Source of the DNA: a virus
Length of the DNA stretch: 64,000 bases
Reading direction: 5' to 3' (one strand)
IMG/VR virus record: IMGVR_UViG_3300020394_000267
Location: 1-64,000 of that record
Shown here: piece by piece, positions 1 through 9,445 of the stretch
Position numbering within the stretch: the stretch's first letter is position 1
How the letters are laid out: each line of letters opens with the position of its first letter
Translations under genes and position numbers: made by a program
The notes under the pieces: model-generated
Told to the model about the DNA's origin: nothing
What the model saw: only the letters and a program-made list of their open reading frames with translations
Database searches by the model: none

Positions 1-447
1 AGATTTGAAGAAGTAACTAATAATCCACAAGCACATGGAGTAGGGAGATTTGACCCTAATGACCCACATGTTGCTACAGGACTCACAGGAGCGCCTGCAT
101 GTGGCGATGTTATGAAGTTAGATTTAAAACTTGACCCAGCTACAGATGAAATTTTAGATGTCAAGTTTAAAACATATGGATGTGGTAGTGCTATTGCTAG
201 TTCTAGTATGTTTGTTGAAATGTTAACAGGTCTTACAATCCAACAGGCAAAAGAAATAAAGGATAAAGATATTGCAACAGCACTAGATTTACCACCCATT
301 AAAATACATTGTTCTGTATTAGCAGAAGATAGTATTAAAAGAGCTATTCAAGATTGGGAAGAAAAGAAAGCGGGTCGTAATACTACATGGTTAGAAGAAA
401 TGACCATGCCTAGAGAGGGAGAAAAAATTGCGGATAACATTAACTGA
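1..447 (+). CDS. iscU: Fe-S cluster scaffold IscU/NifU (5' end lies before the window)
   Basis: Frame 1 open from base 1; GAPACGDVM, FKTYGCGSAIAS and LPPIKIHCSVLAED motifs with the three conserved Cys. Confidence 0.95.
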   Translation, partial: RFEEVTNNPQAHGVGRFDPNDPHVATGLTGAPACGDVMKLDLKLDPATDEILDVKFKTYGCGSAIASSSMFVEMLTGLTIQQAKEIKDKDIATALDLPPIKIHCSVLAEDSIKRAIQDWEEKKAGRNTTWLEEMTMPREGEKIADNIN

Positions 448-751
448 AGATGCTAAGAAATATTGGACAAGGCTTTTGGATGAGAAACCTAGTGCAAAGT
501 ATGTACGACTTGGTGTCAAGGGTGGCGGTTGCGCCGGATTTAGTTACACATGGGATTATACTGATAATGCTGATCGTGGTGTACTAATTGATGATATCTT
601 AGTTGTAGATGACTACGCAGAAATGTTTTTACATGGTAGTGAAATAGTATTTGAAAAAGACCTAGGCGGGTCTCACATTCAAGTAACCAATCCAAATGAA
701 GTAAGTGCCTGTGGATGCGGAGAAAGTATACAGTTCGCATCGGCAGTATAG
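428..751 (+). CDS. iscA: A-type Fe-S carrier IscA/ErpA/SufA
   Basis: GGGCAGFSY and C-terminal CGCGES motifs; TTG start overlapping iscU. Confidence 0.93.
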   Translation: MRITLTEDAKKYWTRLLDEKPSAKYVRLGVKGGGCAGFSYTWDYTDNADRGVLIDDILVVDDYAEMFLHGSEIVFEKDLGGSHIQVTNPNEVSACGCGESIQFASAV

Positions 752-757
752 GAGCGA

Positions 758-910
758 ATAATTAACGAAAACGAACTTGAACAATGGGTAAAAGATAACC
801 CCATTCTAGCCAATGCCGTATTCCCATCATGCATAGTCTTAGGGGCAGTAACAATACAGGCTGGGTTGATATTATTAATTGATTGGATGTTATATATCCA
901 TTCATTTTAG
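758..910 (+). CDS. Small membrane protein (50 aa), possible ATA/ATT start
   Basis: GGAG at 751-754; open frame filling the intergenic gap, with a hydrophobic C-half. Confidence 0.4.
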   Translation: MINENELEQWVKDNPILANAVFPSCIVLGAVTIQAGLILLIDWMLYIHSF

Positions 911-919
911 GAGAGAAAC

Positions 920-1285
920 ATGGCAGATGATTTTGATTTTGGGTTTACCGCAGTAGACGATATACCAGCAGGAGAAAGACAAGAAGCTCCTGTACAGGCG
1001 GAAATCCCTTCAGACCAGATAGATAAGATAATGGATAAACTAGAACAGTTAGAGTCTAGGATTTTATCAGCAGATAATTCTGGTATGATAAATGAACACA
1101 GAGCTTTGGTAGAAAGTGATGTCGCTAATAAACTACGCGATGCAGAAGATTTGATACTACCATTGTTGAAAAATTTAAAAAGGAATCCAGAGAAAGATTA
1201 TATCCACTGGCCAAACAGGGATGTAATCATCGATAAACAAATCGAAAGGATACAGGCAGTAACACGCTACTTTGAGCGTATATAG
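920..1285 (+). CDS. Conserved T4-like phage hypothetical protein
   Basis: GGAG RBS; DFDFGFTAVD start and NPEKDYIHWPNR motif typical of marine T4-like phages. Confidence 0.75.
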   Translation: MADDFDFGFTAVDDIPAGERQEAPVQAEIPSDQIDKIMDKLEQLESRILSADNSGMINEHRALVESDVANKLRDAEDLILPLLKNLKRNPEKDYIHWPNRDVIIDKQIERIQAVTRYFERI

Positions 1286-1311
1286 TGGGTAAATTCTATA
1301 GGAGAAAACGC

Positions 1312-1464
1312 ATGGCTGAAGAAGAGGAAATGAGAACCCTAGAGGACATGACGGAACACCAGAAACACGAGTTGAGATTCCAAGGTAAGTCCATAAAAGA
1401 CCAACAAAAAGCGATAAAAGCGCAACAAGAAGCGGTAGAAAAGTGGATTTCTGAACAATTTTAG
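1312..1464 (+). CDS. Small hypothetical protein (50 aa)
   Basis: AGGAGA RBS, ATG, open frame to TAG. Confidence 0.55.
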   Translation: MAEEEEMRTLEDMTEHQKHELRFQGKSIKDQQKAIKAQQEAVEKWISEQF

Positions 1465-1500
1465 CGAAAAAAAATTCAATTTTTTTGCTTTTTCCTATTA

Positions 1501-1558
1501 AATCAATGACTTAGAGTGGCAGCTTTTACTTGACTTCTGCTATGGGATATGCGATCAT
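1501..1558 (+). promoter_or_regulatory. Early promoter (TTGACT-17-GATCAT) with upstream IHF-consensus site
   Basis: AATCAATGACTTA 1501-1513; -35 at 1530-1535; -10 at 1553-1558; repeated family. Confidence 0.8.
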
Positions 1559-1585
1559 AGTACTGTAATTGAGAGTGAGAGACAT

Positions 1586-4009
1586 ATGGACATAACTTCT
1601 AAATCATACCTTGCGAAACTCCTCGCTACTGAGGATGTTTCGATTGAACATAGGAATGTACCTACCGCGTACTTCGATTTGAAGTCTAGGAAGATTGTAC
1701 TTCCCAATTGGAAGGACATGCCTGATTTCTTGTATGATTTATTGATTGGTCATGAAGTTGGTCACGCTCTCGTAACTCCCGCTGAAGGTTGGCACTCTGC
1801 CTCTTCTAGTAAGGGTGCGAATTTCAAATCATTCTTGAATGTTGTAGAAGATGTTAGGAATGAGAGACTAGTTAAAATCAGATATCCAGGCTTGGTCAAG
1901 TCATTCTACAAGGGATATCAAATGCTTTACAAGAAAGACTTTTTCGGTCTTTCAAAATTACAAAAGACTCCCCAAGAATTACCACTAATTGATAGAATCA
2001 ATCTTCACGCTAAGGTTGGTGCTTTCCTTACTCTACAATTCACTGCTGAGGAACAGGTCATACTTGACAAGTGTTTCGCTGCTGAGACTTGGGATGAGGT
2101 AGTCGCCATTGCTGAGGAGTTGTATGACTTCTCTAAGACTGAAGACGCGATGCAAGATCTTTTAGATGAACAAATGGGTATGCCCCAGTTCGGTGAAGAA
2201 GATGAAGATGACTTCGCCCAAGATGAGAATGGCGAATGGTCAGAATCACCATACGGTGAAGAAGAGTCGGATGAAGATGAAGGTGAAGGCGAGTCCGAGT
2301 CTGGTGAAGAAACTGAAGAAGGTGAAGAGAGTGGTTCTGAGTCTGGTGAAGGTGAAGAGACTGAAGAAGAAACTGAAAAGACTACGCCTTCTAAAGAAGA
2401 GTCAAAAGATACTGAAGATTCTTCTGAGTCTGGTGACCCAGAAGATGGCGACATCATGGAGGGTTCTGACAATACTGAAGGTTACAATCCCCACGATTTC
2501 GATGACGCGGAACCTAAGTCATTTACCGATGAAGCGTTTAGAGATGCTGAACAAAACCTAGTAGAAGATGGCAAGACCAATGGTGTTGTTACTGCTACTA
2601 TGCCTAAGTTCAAGTCTAAGTACTTTGTTTTCCCAACTACCGATGTTTGGCCTGCCCAAGATTTTGAGTATGTTTGCGGTGGAAGGTATGATGACATTCC
2701 TGCTGGTTCTGCTCAAGATGTAGAAAAAACATTGCTTGATGAATTCATGCAAAGAAACAAGGGTTCAATTAATCAACTAGTTATGCAGTTTGAGATGAAG
2801 AAAAAAGCCACCCTATTGAGGAAGGCTCAAGTCAATAAAACTGGTAAGTTGAATGAAGATAAGTTGTGGGCATACAAGTTGACTGAAGACTTGTTCCTAT
2901 CAAGTACTACTGTGCCAGATGGTCAGAACCATGGCATGATGATGTTTGTAGACTTCTCTGGTTCAATGGGTAGACACATGGCTGGTACTATTGAACAGAC
3001 ACTAATTCAAGTTGCCTTCTGTAAAAAAGTTGGTATCCCATTTGATGTGTACGGTTTTTCAAACTGTGCTAACTCACTCCAGAGTGAGAAGTTCGGGAAT
3101 GCCTCTAGGGCTTCTGCGTTCCAATCTGCTAATGATGGTGAGTTGTTTATTGAGTCTGGTGGATTCGGTCTGCTTCAGTTGATATCTTCTGAATTGCCTC
3201 AGAGTGAGTACAATAGATGTTTCAAAAAGTTGCTTGGTTATAAAACTTCATTTGAGTGGAGAGATATGAAACCAAGAATGGAAAGATACAATGTTCCTTA
3301 CCATCTTTATCTTGGTTCTACTCCGCTGTCAAGTTGTATGATAGTTGGTGCTAAGATTGCTAAACAGTTCAAGGAAAGAAACAGAGTTGAAATTATGAAT
3401 ACAATTGTTCTTTCCGATGGTGGAAACACTTCTGACTTAGAAGTAATCTCGGAAGGTCAATATGAAGAGAGTGGTAGGTTCAGATATGAAAATGCCATCT
3501 CAAAAGAGTTTAGTGGGTACGGTTCAGAAAGATGCGAGATTGGTAAGTTCCAATTGAAAGGCAACGGTTTGTCAGTTACCACTAACATCAAAGGGATGTA
3601 TGGAACAAACTACGGTAGGGTCTCTTATGAAAGTGCTACTGCTGTTACTTTCGACTACTACAAAAAGTTTGTCGGTTCCAGAATAGTTCACTTCTTCCTA
3701 GTTGATAACAACATTAGAGAAGCGAGACAGGCATGGACTGATATGACAGGAACCTTTGCCGAGTATGATGAAAACTTTGATAAAGAAAAGTCAACTAATT
3801 GGAAAAACAATAACTTCATGGCTTGCGAGTCTAAGTTGGGAAGTGATGCTACTTTCATTCTGAAAGGTGCTAAGTCTCTTAATGAAGAGGCAGAGTTTGA
3901 AGTCAAGTCTGATAAGAAGGCTGACATTTTGAGAGGGTTCAAGAATTTCCAGAAAGGCAAGTCCAATTCCAGACAGTTCTTGAACAGATTTATTGATGAG
4001 GTCGCGTAA
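1586..4009 (+). CDS. CobT-like protein: N-terminal HExxH metallopeptidase-like domain, acidic linker, vWA domain
   Basis: HEVGH motif; long D/E-rich linker; MIDAS DFSGSM, T and SDG; adjacent to MoxR AAA. Confidence 0.85.
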   Translation: MDITSKSYLAKLLATEDVSIEHRNVPTAYFDLKSRKIVLPNWKDMPDFLYDLLIGHEVGHALVTPAEGWHSASSSKGANFKSFLNVVEDVRNERLVKIRYPGLVKSFYKGYQMLYKKDFFGLSKLQKTPQELPLIDRINLHAKVGAFLTLQFTAEEQVILDKCFAAETWDEVVAIAEELYDFSKTEDAMQDLLDEQMGMPQFGEEDEDDFAQDENGEWSESPYGEEESDEDEGEGESESGEETEEGEESGSESGEGEETEEETEKTTPSKEESKDTEDSSESGDPEDGDIMEGSDNTEGYNPHDFDDAEPKSFTDEAFRDAEQNLVEDGKTNGVVTATMPKFKSKYFVFPTTDVWPAQDFEYVCGGRYDDIPAGSAQDVEKTLLDEFMQRNKGSINQLVMQFEMKKKATLLRKAQVNKTGKLNEDKLWAYKLTEDLFLSSTTVPDGQNHGMMMFVDFSGSMGRHMAGTIEQTLIQVAFCKKVGIPFDVYGFSNCANSLQSEKFGNASRASAFQSANDGELFIESGGFGLLQLISSELPQSEYNRCFKKLLGYKTSFEWRDMKPRMERYNVPYHLYLGSTPLSSCMIVGAKIAKQFKERNRVEIMNTIVLSDGGNTSDLEVISEGQYEESGRFRYENAISKEFSGYGSERCEIGKFQLKGNGLSVTTNIKGMYGTNYGRVSYESATAVTFDYYKKFVGSRIVHFFLVDNNIREARQAWTDMTGTFAEYDENFDKEKSTNWKNNNFMACESKLGSDATFILKGAKSLNEEAEFEVKSDKKADILRGFKNFQKGKSNSRQFLNRFIDEVA

Positions 4010-4091
4010 GTGGTTGATTTTACAGGGAAAGAAAATGAAAAAAAATTCATTTTGGCCCTTGACTTCTGCCCCAAAATATGGGATCATGATC
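4007..4091 (+). promoter_or_regulatory. Early promoter (TTGACT-17-GATCAT), IHF site in reverse orientation
   Basis: TAAGTGGTTGATT 4007-4019; -35 at 4059-4064; GATCATGATC 4082-4091. Confidence 0.8.
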
Positions 4092-4121
4092 AGGTAATTG
4101 AGAAAAAGTGAGAGGTAAATT

Positions 4122-5360
4122 ATGAGTGTGAAACAAAAAGAACAGTTCCTTCAGGCCCTTGCCGATGTGAACAATTCCGCGTCTGCTGTGTTCTCCAAGG
4201 CGGAGGCAATGCAGATTGCAAAATCAAATGGGTTGAAAAATCCCATGTGGTTTTTTAAAGAGTGTAAAGTTGGTAGGAACCAATTTTCGCCAAACATGGC
4301 AACTCTAATGACTGTGGGTAATACTGCTCTCAAACCTGTCGCCGCTGAGGCGCCTGCCCTTGAAGAGACAGTATCTACCCTAGAACCGATTGAGACAATT
4401 CAGTCGCAATCATTGGATGCCAAGATTGTAAAACAGGCAAAACTTGCGGTGGAAATCGAGAATTTAATTCCAGATTCAGATAGTACTTATGTCCCATTTG
4501 GGTTCCATAAAGATTTGGTGAACATCATCAAGTCTGGTATGTTCTATCCGACTTTCATTTGCGGTCTTTCTGGTAACGGTAAGACTATGATGGTGGAACA
4601 GGTTTGTGCCAAACTCAAGAAAGAAGCCATTAGGGTTAACATCTCTATCGAGACCGATGAAGATGACTTGATTGGTGGTAACACTCTCGTGGATGGTAAT
4701 GTGGTTTACAGGGAAGGCCCTGTGCTGACTGCCATGAAGAGAGGTGCGATTCTCATTCTGGATGAGATTGATAGGGGTTCTAACAAGTTGATGTGCCTTC
4801 AGGCAATCCTTGAAGGGAAGCCTTACTTCAATAAGAAGTCTGGTGAGGTTGTCACGCCTGCTACTGGTTTCAATGTGATTGCTACTGCAAACACAAAAGG
4901 TAGGGGTTCCGATGATGGTAAGTTCATGGGTGCTCAAGTTCTGGATGAGGCGTTCCTAGAAAGGTTCGCTATCACAGTTGAACAGGAATATCCTTCTAGT
5001 GTTCAAGAGAAGAAAATTGTCATGAACAAAATGGGTGTTGCTGAGTGTGTCGATGAAGACTTTGCTGACAAGTTGGTCATGTGGGCTGACATAATCAGAA
5101 AGACTTTCTACGAAGGTGGAATCGATGAGTTGGTTTCCACTAGAAGGTTGGAACACATTGTCAAGGCATACGCCATGTTCTCTGATAGACTCAAGGCAAT
5201 TCAGTTGTGTGTCAATAGGTTCGATACCGACACCAAGTCTGCCTTCATTGACCTTTACACTAAGGTTGATGCTGGTGCCACGGTTGAAGAAATCATGGAC
5301 AATCCTACCGATGGTTCTGAAACAGAAACTTCTGAGGAGAATGATAGTTATGACTTCTAG
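4122..5360 (+). CDS. cobS: CobS/MoxR-family AAA+ ATPase
   Basis: Walker A GLSGNGKT, Walker B ILILDEID, ATANTKG, FLERF. Confidence 0.9.
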   Translation: MSVKQKEQFLQALADVNNSASAVFSKAEAMQIAKSNGLKNPMWFFKECKVGRNQFSPNMATLMTVGNTALKPVAAEAPALEETVSTLEPIETIQSQSLDAKIVKQAKLAVEIENLIPDSDSTYVPFGFHKDLVNIIKSGMFYPTFICGLSGNGKTMMVEQVCAKLKKEAIRVNISIETDEDDLIGGNTLVDGNVVYREGPVLTAMKRGAILILDEIDRGSNKLMCLQAILEGKPYFNKKSGEVVTPATGFNVIATANTKGRGSDDGKFMGAQVLDEAFLERFAITVEQEYPSSVQEKKIVMNKMGVAECVDEDFADKLVMWADIIRKTFYEGGIDELVSTRRLEHIVKAYAMFSDRLKAIQLCVNRFDTDTKSAFIDLYTKVDAGATVEEIMDNPTDGSETETSEENDSYDF

Positions 5361-5727
5361 TCCCAACTACAAATATAATGAAGGGGCTCTTATTCAAGAG
5401 CTCCAATCTTATATCGATGAAACTTATGGGCAACATTATTCCCAAAACAAATATCAGGCAACCGAATTTATTATTGATGGTGGCCATGGGATGGGATTTT
5501 GTATTGGAAACATTTTGAAGTATGCCCAGAGGTATGGAAAAAAAGATGGTACTAACCGCAAAGATTTATTAAAGGTACTGCACTATGCTATTATCGCATT
5601 GCATGTACATGACATTGGTGAACAAGAAGCAGAGGAAGAGCAAGTTCGCCAGTACGAACAATTTGAAGGAGACATCGCTGAAGAGACTTCAGTAGATGGT
5701 TACGCTGAAGACGATATACCCTTCTAA
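5350..5727 (+). CDS. DUF3310-like (T7 gp1.7/SaV-like) protein
   Basis: HY...GFCIGNILKYAQRYGKK...DLLKVLHY motif; ATG overlaps cobS end. Confidence 0.75.
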   Translation: MTSSPNYKYNEGALIQELQSYIDETYGQHYSQNKYQATEFIIDGGHGMGFCIGNILKYAQRYGKKDGTNRKDLLKVLHYAIIALHVHDIGEQEAEEEQVRQYEQFEGDIAEETSVDGYAEDDIPF

Positions 5728-5813
5728 CAGTTTGCCCCCAGCGGGCAGTCGGGACTTGGTACGCCTCTCTCTTACTCTCTCACAAGATAGTACCAAGTAC
5801 CCGACACTTTTTG

Positions 5814-5821
5814 TATAAATA
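5814..5821 (+). promoter_or_regulatory. T4-type late promoter TATAAATA
   Basis: Exact gp55 consensus, intergenic, upstream of ORF 5855. Confidence 0.7.
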
Positions 5822-5854
5822 AGAGAGTAAGAAAAAAAATTAGAGGAATGAACA

Positions 5855-6205
5855 ATGGCATATAGATTAACTTACACTAGTACTCGACCAGACACTTCAG
5901 CGAATTGGTATTTTTTTGCCGAGGACGCTAGTTCTGATTTCGAGACTAACGGTACACATTTTAGGAATTGGCTTGACGCGAGGTCAGATGTTACAGTAAC
6001 ATTGACTATTGCTGAAGACAATCTTTCTTTTAAATGGGAATTAGATTTCGCTGATGAAGACGCTTACAATGCGTATGTGGTGGACAGGGATGCCTTATTT
6101 GCGGCTGCACCTTACAATGGAACTGGTCACTTATCAGAGACTTCTTATAAAGATTACTTAACTGCTAATAGTATGACAGAAGAGATTACTACTGGCGAAG
6201 TATAA
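5855..6205 (+). CDS. Hypothetical late protein
   Basis: GAGG RBS, late promoter upstream. Confidence 0.7.
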   Translation: MAYRLTYTSTRPDTSANWYFFAEDASSDFETNGTHFRNWLDARSDVTVTLTIAEDNLSFKWELDFADEDAYNAYVVDRDALFAAAPYNGTGHLSETSYKDYLTANSMTEEITTGEV

Positions 6206-6271
6206 AAATGGGGTTGACATTTGCCCCTAACAAATGTTAATATGTGATGTTTAATTTGATTGAGGTATATT

Positions 6272-6922
6272 ATGAAACTATCCAAAACTACTTTGGAGTT
6301 GTTGAAAAACTTTGCTACGATTAATACCAATTTATTGGTTAAGTCTGGTAGTAGTTTATCAACTGTGTCCGCTTCAAAGTCTATTCTTGCGAAGGGCACA
6401 ATCGAAGAGAGCTTCCCACAGGAGTTCGCAATCTATGACTTAAATCAATTTCTATCTTTGGTCACAATGAGTGAAGATACTGAGATTGATTTTTCCGATG
6501 ATTATCTGACATGTAAGTCCGATGCTGGAAGGTTCAAGTTTTATTACGCGGAACCATCTATCATTGTGGCAGCTCCAGATAAGGAAATCGAAGTTGATGC
6601 TTTCTATCAATTCAACATTACCAAAGAACAACTCAACACTATCTACAGGGCAGCGAGTGTAATCTCTGCTCCTACTCTTAGTGTTGTCGCCAATGGTGGC
6701 AATGTGGTTCTGAGTGTGGGTGACCCGAATACTCCTAAGAGTAATTCATTTACTACCGACATTGGTAATGCTAATGTAGAGTTTGATGCTAGACTAGGGA
6801 TTGAGAACCTAAAAGTAATCGCGGATGATTATGAGGTTACTGTTTCCCAGAAGAAAGTATTCAAATTTTCTAACGCGAAGAGAACCTATTTCTTGGCACT
6901 TGAACCGAGTTCAAATATTTAA
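6272..6922 (+). CDS. gp45: Sliding clamp gp45
   Basis: MKLSKTTLELLKNFATIN, FAIYDLNQFL; position upstream of gp44/62. Confidence 0.95.
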   Translation: MKLSKTTLELLKNFATINTNLLVKSGSSLSTVSASKSILAKGTIEESFPQEFAIYDLNQFLSLVTMSEDTEIDFSDDYLTCKSDAGRFKFYYAEPSIIVAAPDKEIEVDAFYQFNITKEQLNTIYRAASVISAPTLSVVANGGNVVLSVGDPNTPKSNSFTTDIGNANVEFDARLGIENLKVIADDYEVTVSQKKVFKFSNAKRTYFLALEPSSNI

Positions 6923-7089
6923 TGGCTTGGGTTGAAGGAATGATTGCCGTTTATGGAATGATATTATCTTTCATGGCCGGCTGGTTAATGCCGAGAGGTA
7001 ATTTTATTAGAAACTCCCAGTTATGGTTGACCAAAAAAATATACAACTGGTTAGCACATGACAAGGAAAAATTGAAGGAGAAGAAATGA
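6922..7089 (+). CDS. Small membrane protein (55 aa)
   Basis: Start/stop overlap with both neighbours; hydrophobic N-terminus. Confidence 0.5.
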   Translation: MAWVEGMIAVYGMILSFMAGWLMPRGNFIRNSQLWLTKKIYNWLAHDKEKLKEKK

Positions 7090-7700
7090 AAATCGAAGTT
7101 GGTCAAAAACTACCACAAGATATCACTTTCCACATGAGGGTAAGGGATGAAAATATGGTAGAACAAGGTGACGAGAATCCATATGTTTGGCAGTTGGTTA
7201 ATTCAACTGACTTGTTCAAGGATAAGAGGGTAGTTCTCTTTTCTTTGCCAGGCGCTTTCACTCCAACATGTTCAACTTATCAACTACCAGACTATGACAA
7301 CAACTATGAGTTGTTTAAAAACAATGGTATTGATGAAGTATATTGTCTATCTGTCAATGATAGTTTTGTTATGAACAAGTGGGGCGATTGGTTGGACATC
7401 GATAATGTTAAGTTTATTCCAGATGGTAGTGCTTATTTTACTGAGCAAATTGGTGCATTGGTAAGGAAAGACAATCTGGGATTTGGAGCGAGGTCATGGA
7501 GATATTCTCTGCTCGCGAATGATGGAGTAGTCGAAGTTGCATTTGTCGAAGATGGATGTGGTGACGATTGTCCTACTGACCCATATGAAGTATCTGACCC
7601 ATACACTATGATGAACTATATCCAAACTGAAAGTCCAGTTGGAAAACAGTATGAGTTAAGTCTTGAAGATGGATTGGGAACAGAAGAAACATTTGCATAA
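7086..7700 (+). CDS. Peroxiredoxin (Prx5/PGdx type)
   Basis: SLPGAFTPTCS, SVNDSFVM, GFGARSWRYS motifs. Confidence 0.93.
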   Translation: MKIEVGQKLPQDITFHMRVRDENMVEQGDENPYVWQLVNSTDLFKDKRVVLFSLPGAFTPTCSTYQLPDYDNNYELFKNNGIDEVYCLSVNDSFVMNKWGDWLDIDNVKFIPDGSAYFTEQIGALVRKDNLGFGARSWRYSLLANDGVVEVAFVEDGCGDDCPTDPYEVSDPYTMMNYIQTESPVGKQYELSLEDGLGTEETFA

Positions 7701-8484
7701 AGTTGATTACGATATAAAACCTTTATCAAAAGAACTCGCAATCGATTTTATACAAACGCATCATTACTCACCGATGATGCCTAAACTTACGAAACACTAT
7801 TTGGGGTGTTTCCTTGAGGGTGAACTAGTTGGTGTTTTGACTCTGGGTTGGGGAACACAACCTCGACAAACAATAAACAAGATGTTTACTGGGTTGGAGT
7901 CAAAACATTACTGGGAGATTGGTAAGATGTGCATGACAGATGAAATGCCAACCAACTCCGAATCACAGATGATATCCAAAGCAATAAAATGGATAAAAGA
8001 AAATACACCAGATGTATTATTTCTTTACACAATGGCAGATGGTATCATGGGTAAATGTGGATATGTATATCAGGCAAGCAATTTTTTATATGGTGGACAA
8101 TACTTCACCCAAGTGTACGAAATAAATGGTGAGAAGGTTCACCCAAGAGCAACAAGAAAATTATGTGAAGAGAACGCAAAGTTCTCTGGTAAAGAGAGAG
8201 TTTTTTGGTTGACTTCAGACTTTATGAAAGAGAAGGGAATCAAAAAAATAGAAGGATATATGTTTAGATATATCTTTCCGCTGAATAAGAAAGCAAAAAA
8301 ATTATTAAAAAAATCAAATATGGAATGGACTAGAATTTATCCAAAAGACCACAATCTAAAATGGTTTGATAAAACTAGCAAACCCAAATTTGAAATTGAA
8401 CAACCCCACTTCACATATGAAGAAGTTCTTCACAACGCGAGAAACATATCTGGTGGTGGGGCATCTTTAAGAGGTATATTATGA
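7693..8484 (+). CDS. Mom-like adenine DNA modification enzyme (GNAT fold)
   Basis: FIQTHHYS, GVLTLG, EIGKMC, NSESQMIS, YTMADG, GYVYQASNFLYGG match the Mu Mom family pattern; start uncertain (7663/7693). Confidence 0.75.
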   Translation: MHKVDYDIKPLSKELAIDFIQTHHYSPMMPKLTKHYLGCFLEGELVGVLTLGWGTQPRQTINKMFTGLESKHYWEIGKMCMTDEMPTNSESQMISKAIKWIKENTPDVLFLYTMADGIMGKCGYVYQASNFLYGGQYFTQVYEINGEKVHPRATRKLCEENAKFSGKERVFWLTSDFMKEKGIKKIEGYMFRYIFPLNKKAKKLLKKSNMEWTRIYPKDHNLKWFDKTSKPKFEIEQPHFTYEEVLHNARNISGGGASLRGIL

Positions 8485-9254
8485 GTACAATTGTTTTAGT
8501 ATCTGGTGGGTTTGACCCACTACATAAAGGTCATCTTGACCTACTACAAGAGGCGAAAAAGTTGGGTGACCATCTAACCGTTGGTTTGAATAGTGATGAG
8601 TGGTTAACTAGAAAGAAGGGGTCACCGTTCATGTCACAGTGGGACAGAATGGATTTGTTGATGAATTTAGAATGTGTTGACCATGTAGTTCCTTTCGATG
8701 ATAATGACGATACTGCTAAAGACTTCATAGAAAAAGCAATTGCTAGTCACGGAATAGACCACAAGTTTATATTTGCTAATGGTGGTGACAGGACAGAAGA
8801 AAACATACCAGAGATGGAACTAAGAGAAAAGTATTCCTTTGCTAATTTAGAGTTTGTCTTTGGTGTTGGTGGAAATAAAACTTATTCTAGTAGTTCGATA
8901 AACAGTGTACAAAGAGAGTGGGGTGGATATAAAGTTATTCACGCGGAAGATTTTGCTAAGGTAAAAATACTAACCATTGATATTAATAAAAGCATTAGTT
9001 ATCAAAGGCACTTTTATCGTGGAGAAATATGGCATGTCATGAATGGACAGGCAATGATTAAAACTAGTAAAGGTAAACCATCAAATTATACATACGACTA
9101 CTTGACTTCTGGTCAACACTTTAGTATAATACCCTACGAATGGCATCAAGTGACAAACATGGGTAACGAACCTTTAAGAATAATTGAAATTCAACATGGG
9201 TCATATGTTGAAGAAGATGATATAGAAAGATATGATGGGGAGGTAGTACATTGA
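8481..9254 (+). CDS. Cytidylyltransferase (RfaE-II/TagD-like) fused to a mannose-6-phosphate isomerase-type cupin
   Basis: SGGFDPLHKGH, FANGGDR; SYQRHFYRGEIW and IIEIQHG cupin motifs. Confidence 0.88.
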   Translation: MSTIVLVSGGFDPLHKGHLDLLQEAKKLGDHLTVGLNSDEWLTRKKGSPFMSQWDRMDLLMNLECVDHVVPFDDNDDTAKDFIEKAIASHGIDHKFIFANGGDRTEENIPEMELREKYSFANLEFVFGVGGNKTYSSSSINSVQREWGGYKVIHAEDFAKVKILTIDINKSISYQRHFYRGEIWHVMNGQAMIKTSKGKPSNYTYDYLTSGQHFSIIPYEWHQVTNMGNEPLRIIEIQHGSYVEEDDIERYDGEVVH

Positions 9255-9445
9255 GAAAAAAGAATGTGAAAGAAAGACGAAAAGTCGCACTGGGTAACTT
9301 GCTGAAAGCAAAGTTTACTCCAAAACAGGTAAAGTCTGGCAAGTTTGTCAAAGGCAAACCTGTTATGGTAGACCGTTCTGAGGAAACTTGGAACAAGAAT
9401 CGTGATTACCAGATTGAGGTATTAGAAAAAAGGGTGCAAGGATGA
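9251..9445 (+). CDS. Small basic hypothetical protein
   Basis: GGAGG RBS, overlaps neighbours. Confidence 0.6.
   Translation: MRKKNVKERRKVALGNLLKAKFTPKQVKSGKFVKGKPVMVDRSEETWNKNRDYQIEVLEKRVQG

Noticed and set aside
2005-2697. Antisense Ser-rich and alternative-frame Lys-rich ORFs within the cobT-like gene
   Set aside because: Shadows of the GAA-rich acidic linker; no RBS or promoter.
5116-5349. Upstream extension of ORF 5116-5727
   Set aside because: Overlaps cobS; the recognisable domain starts at 5350.
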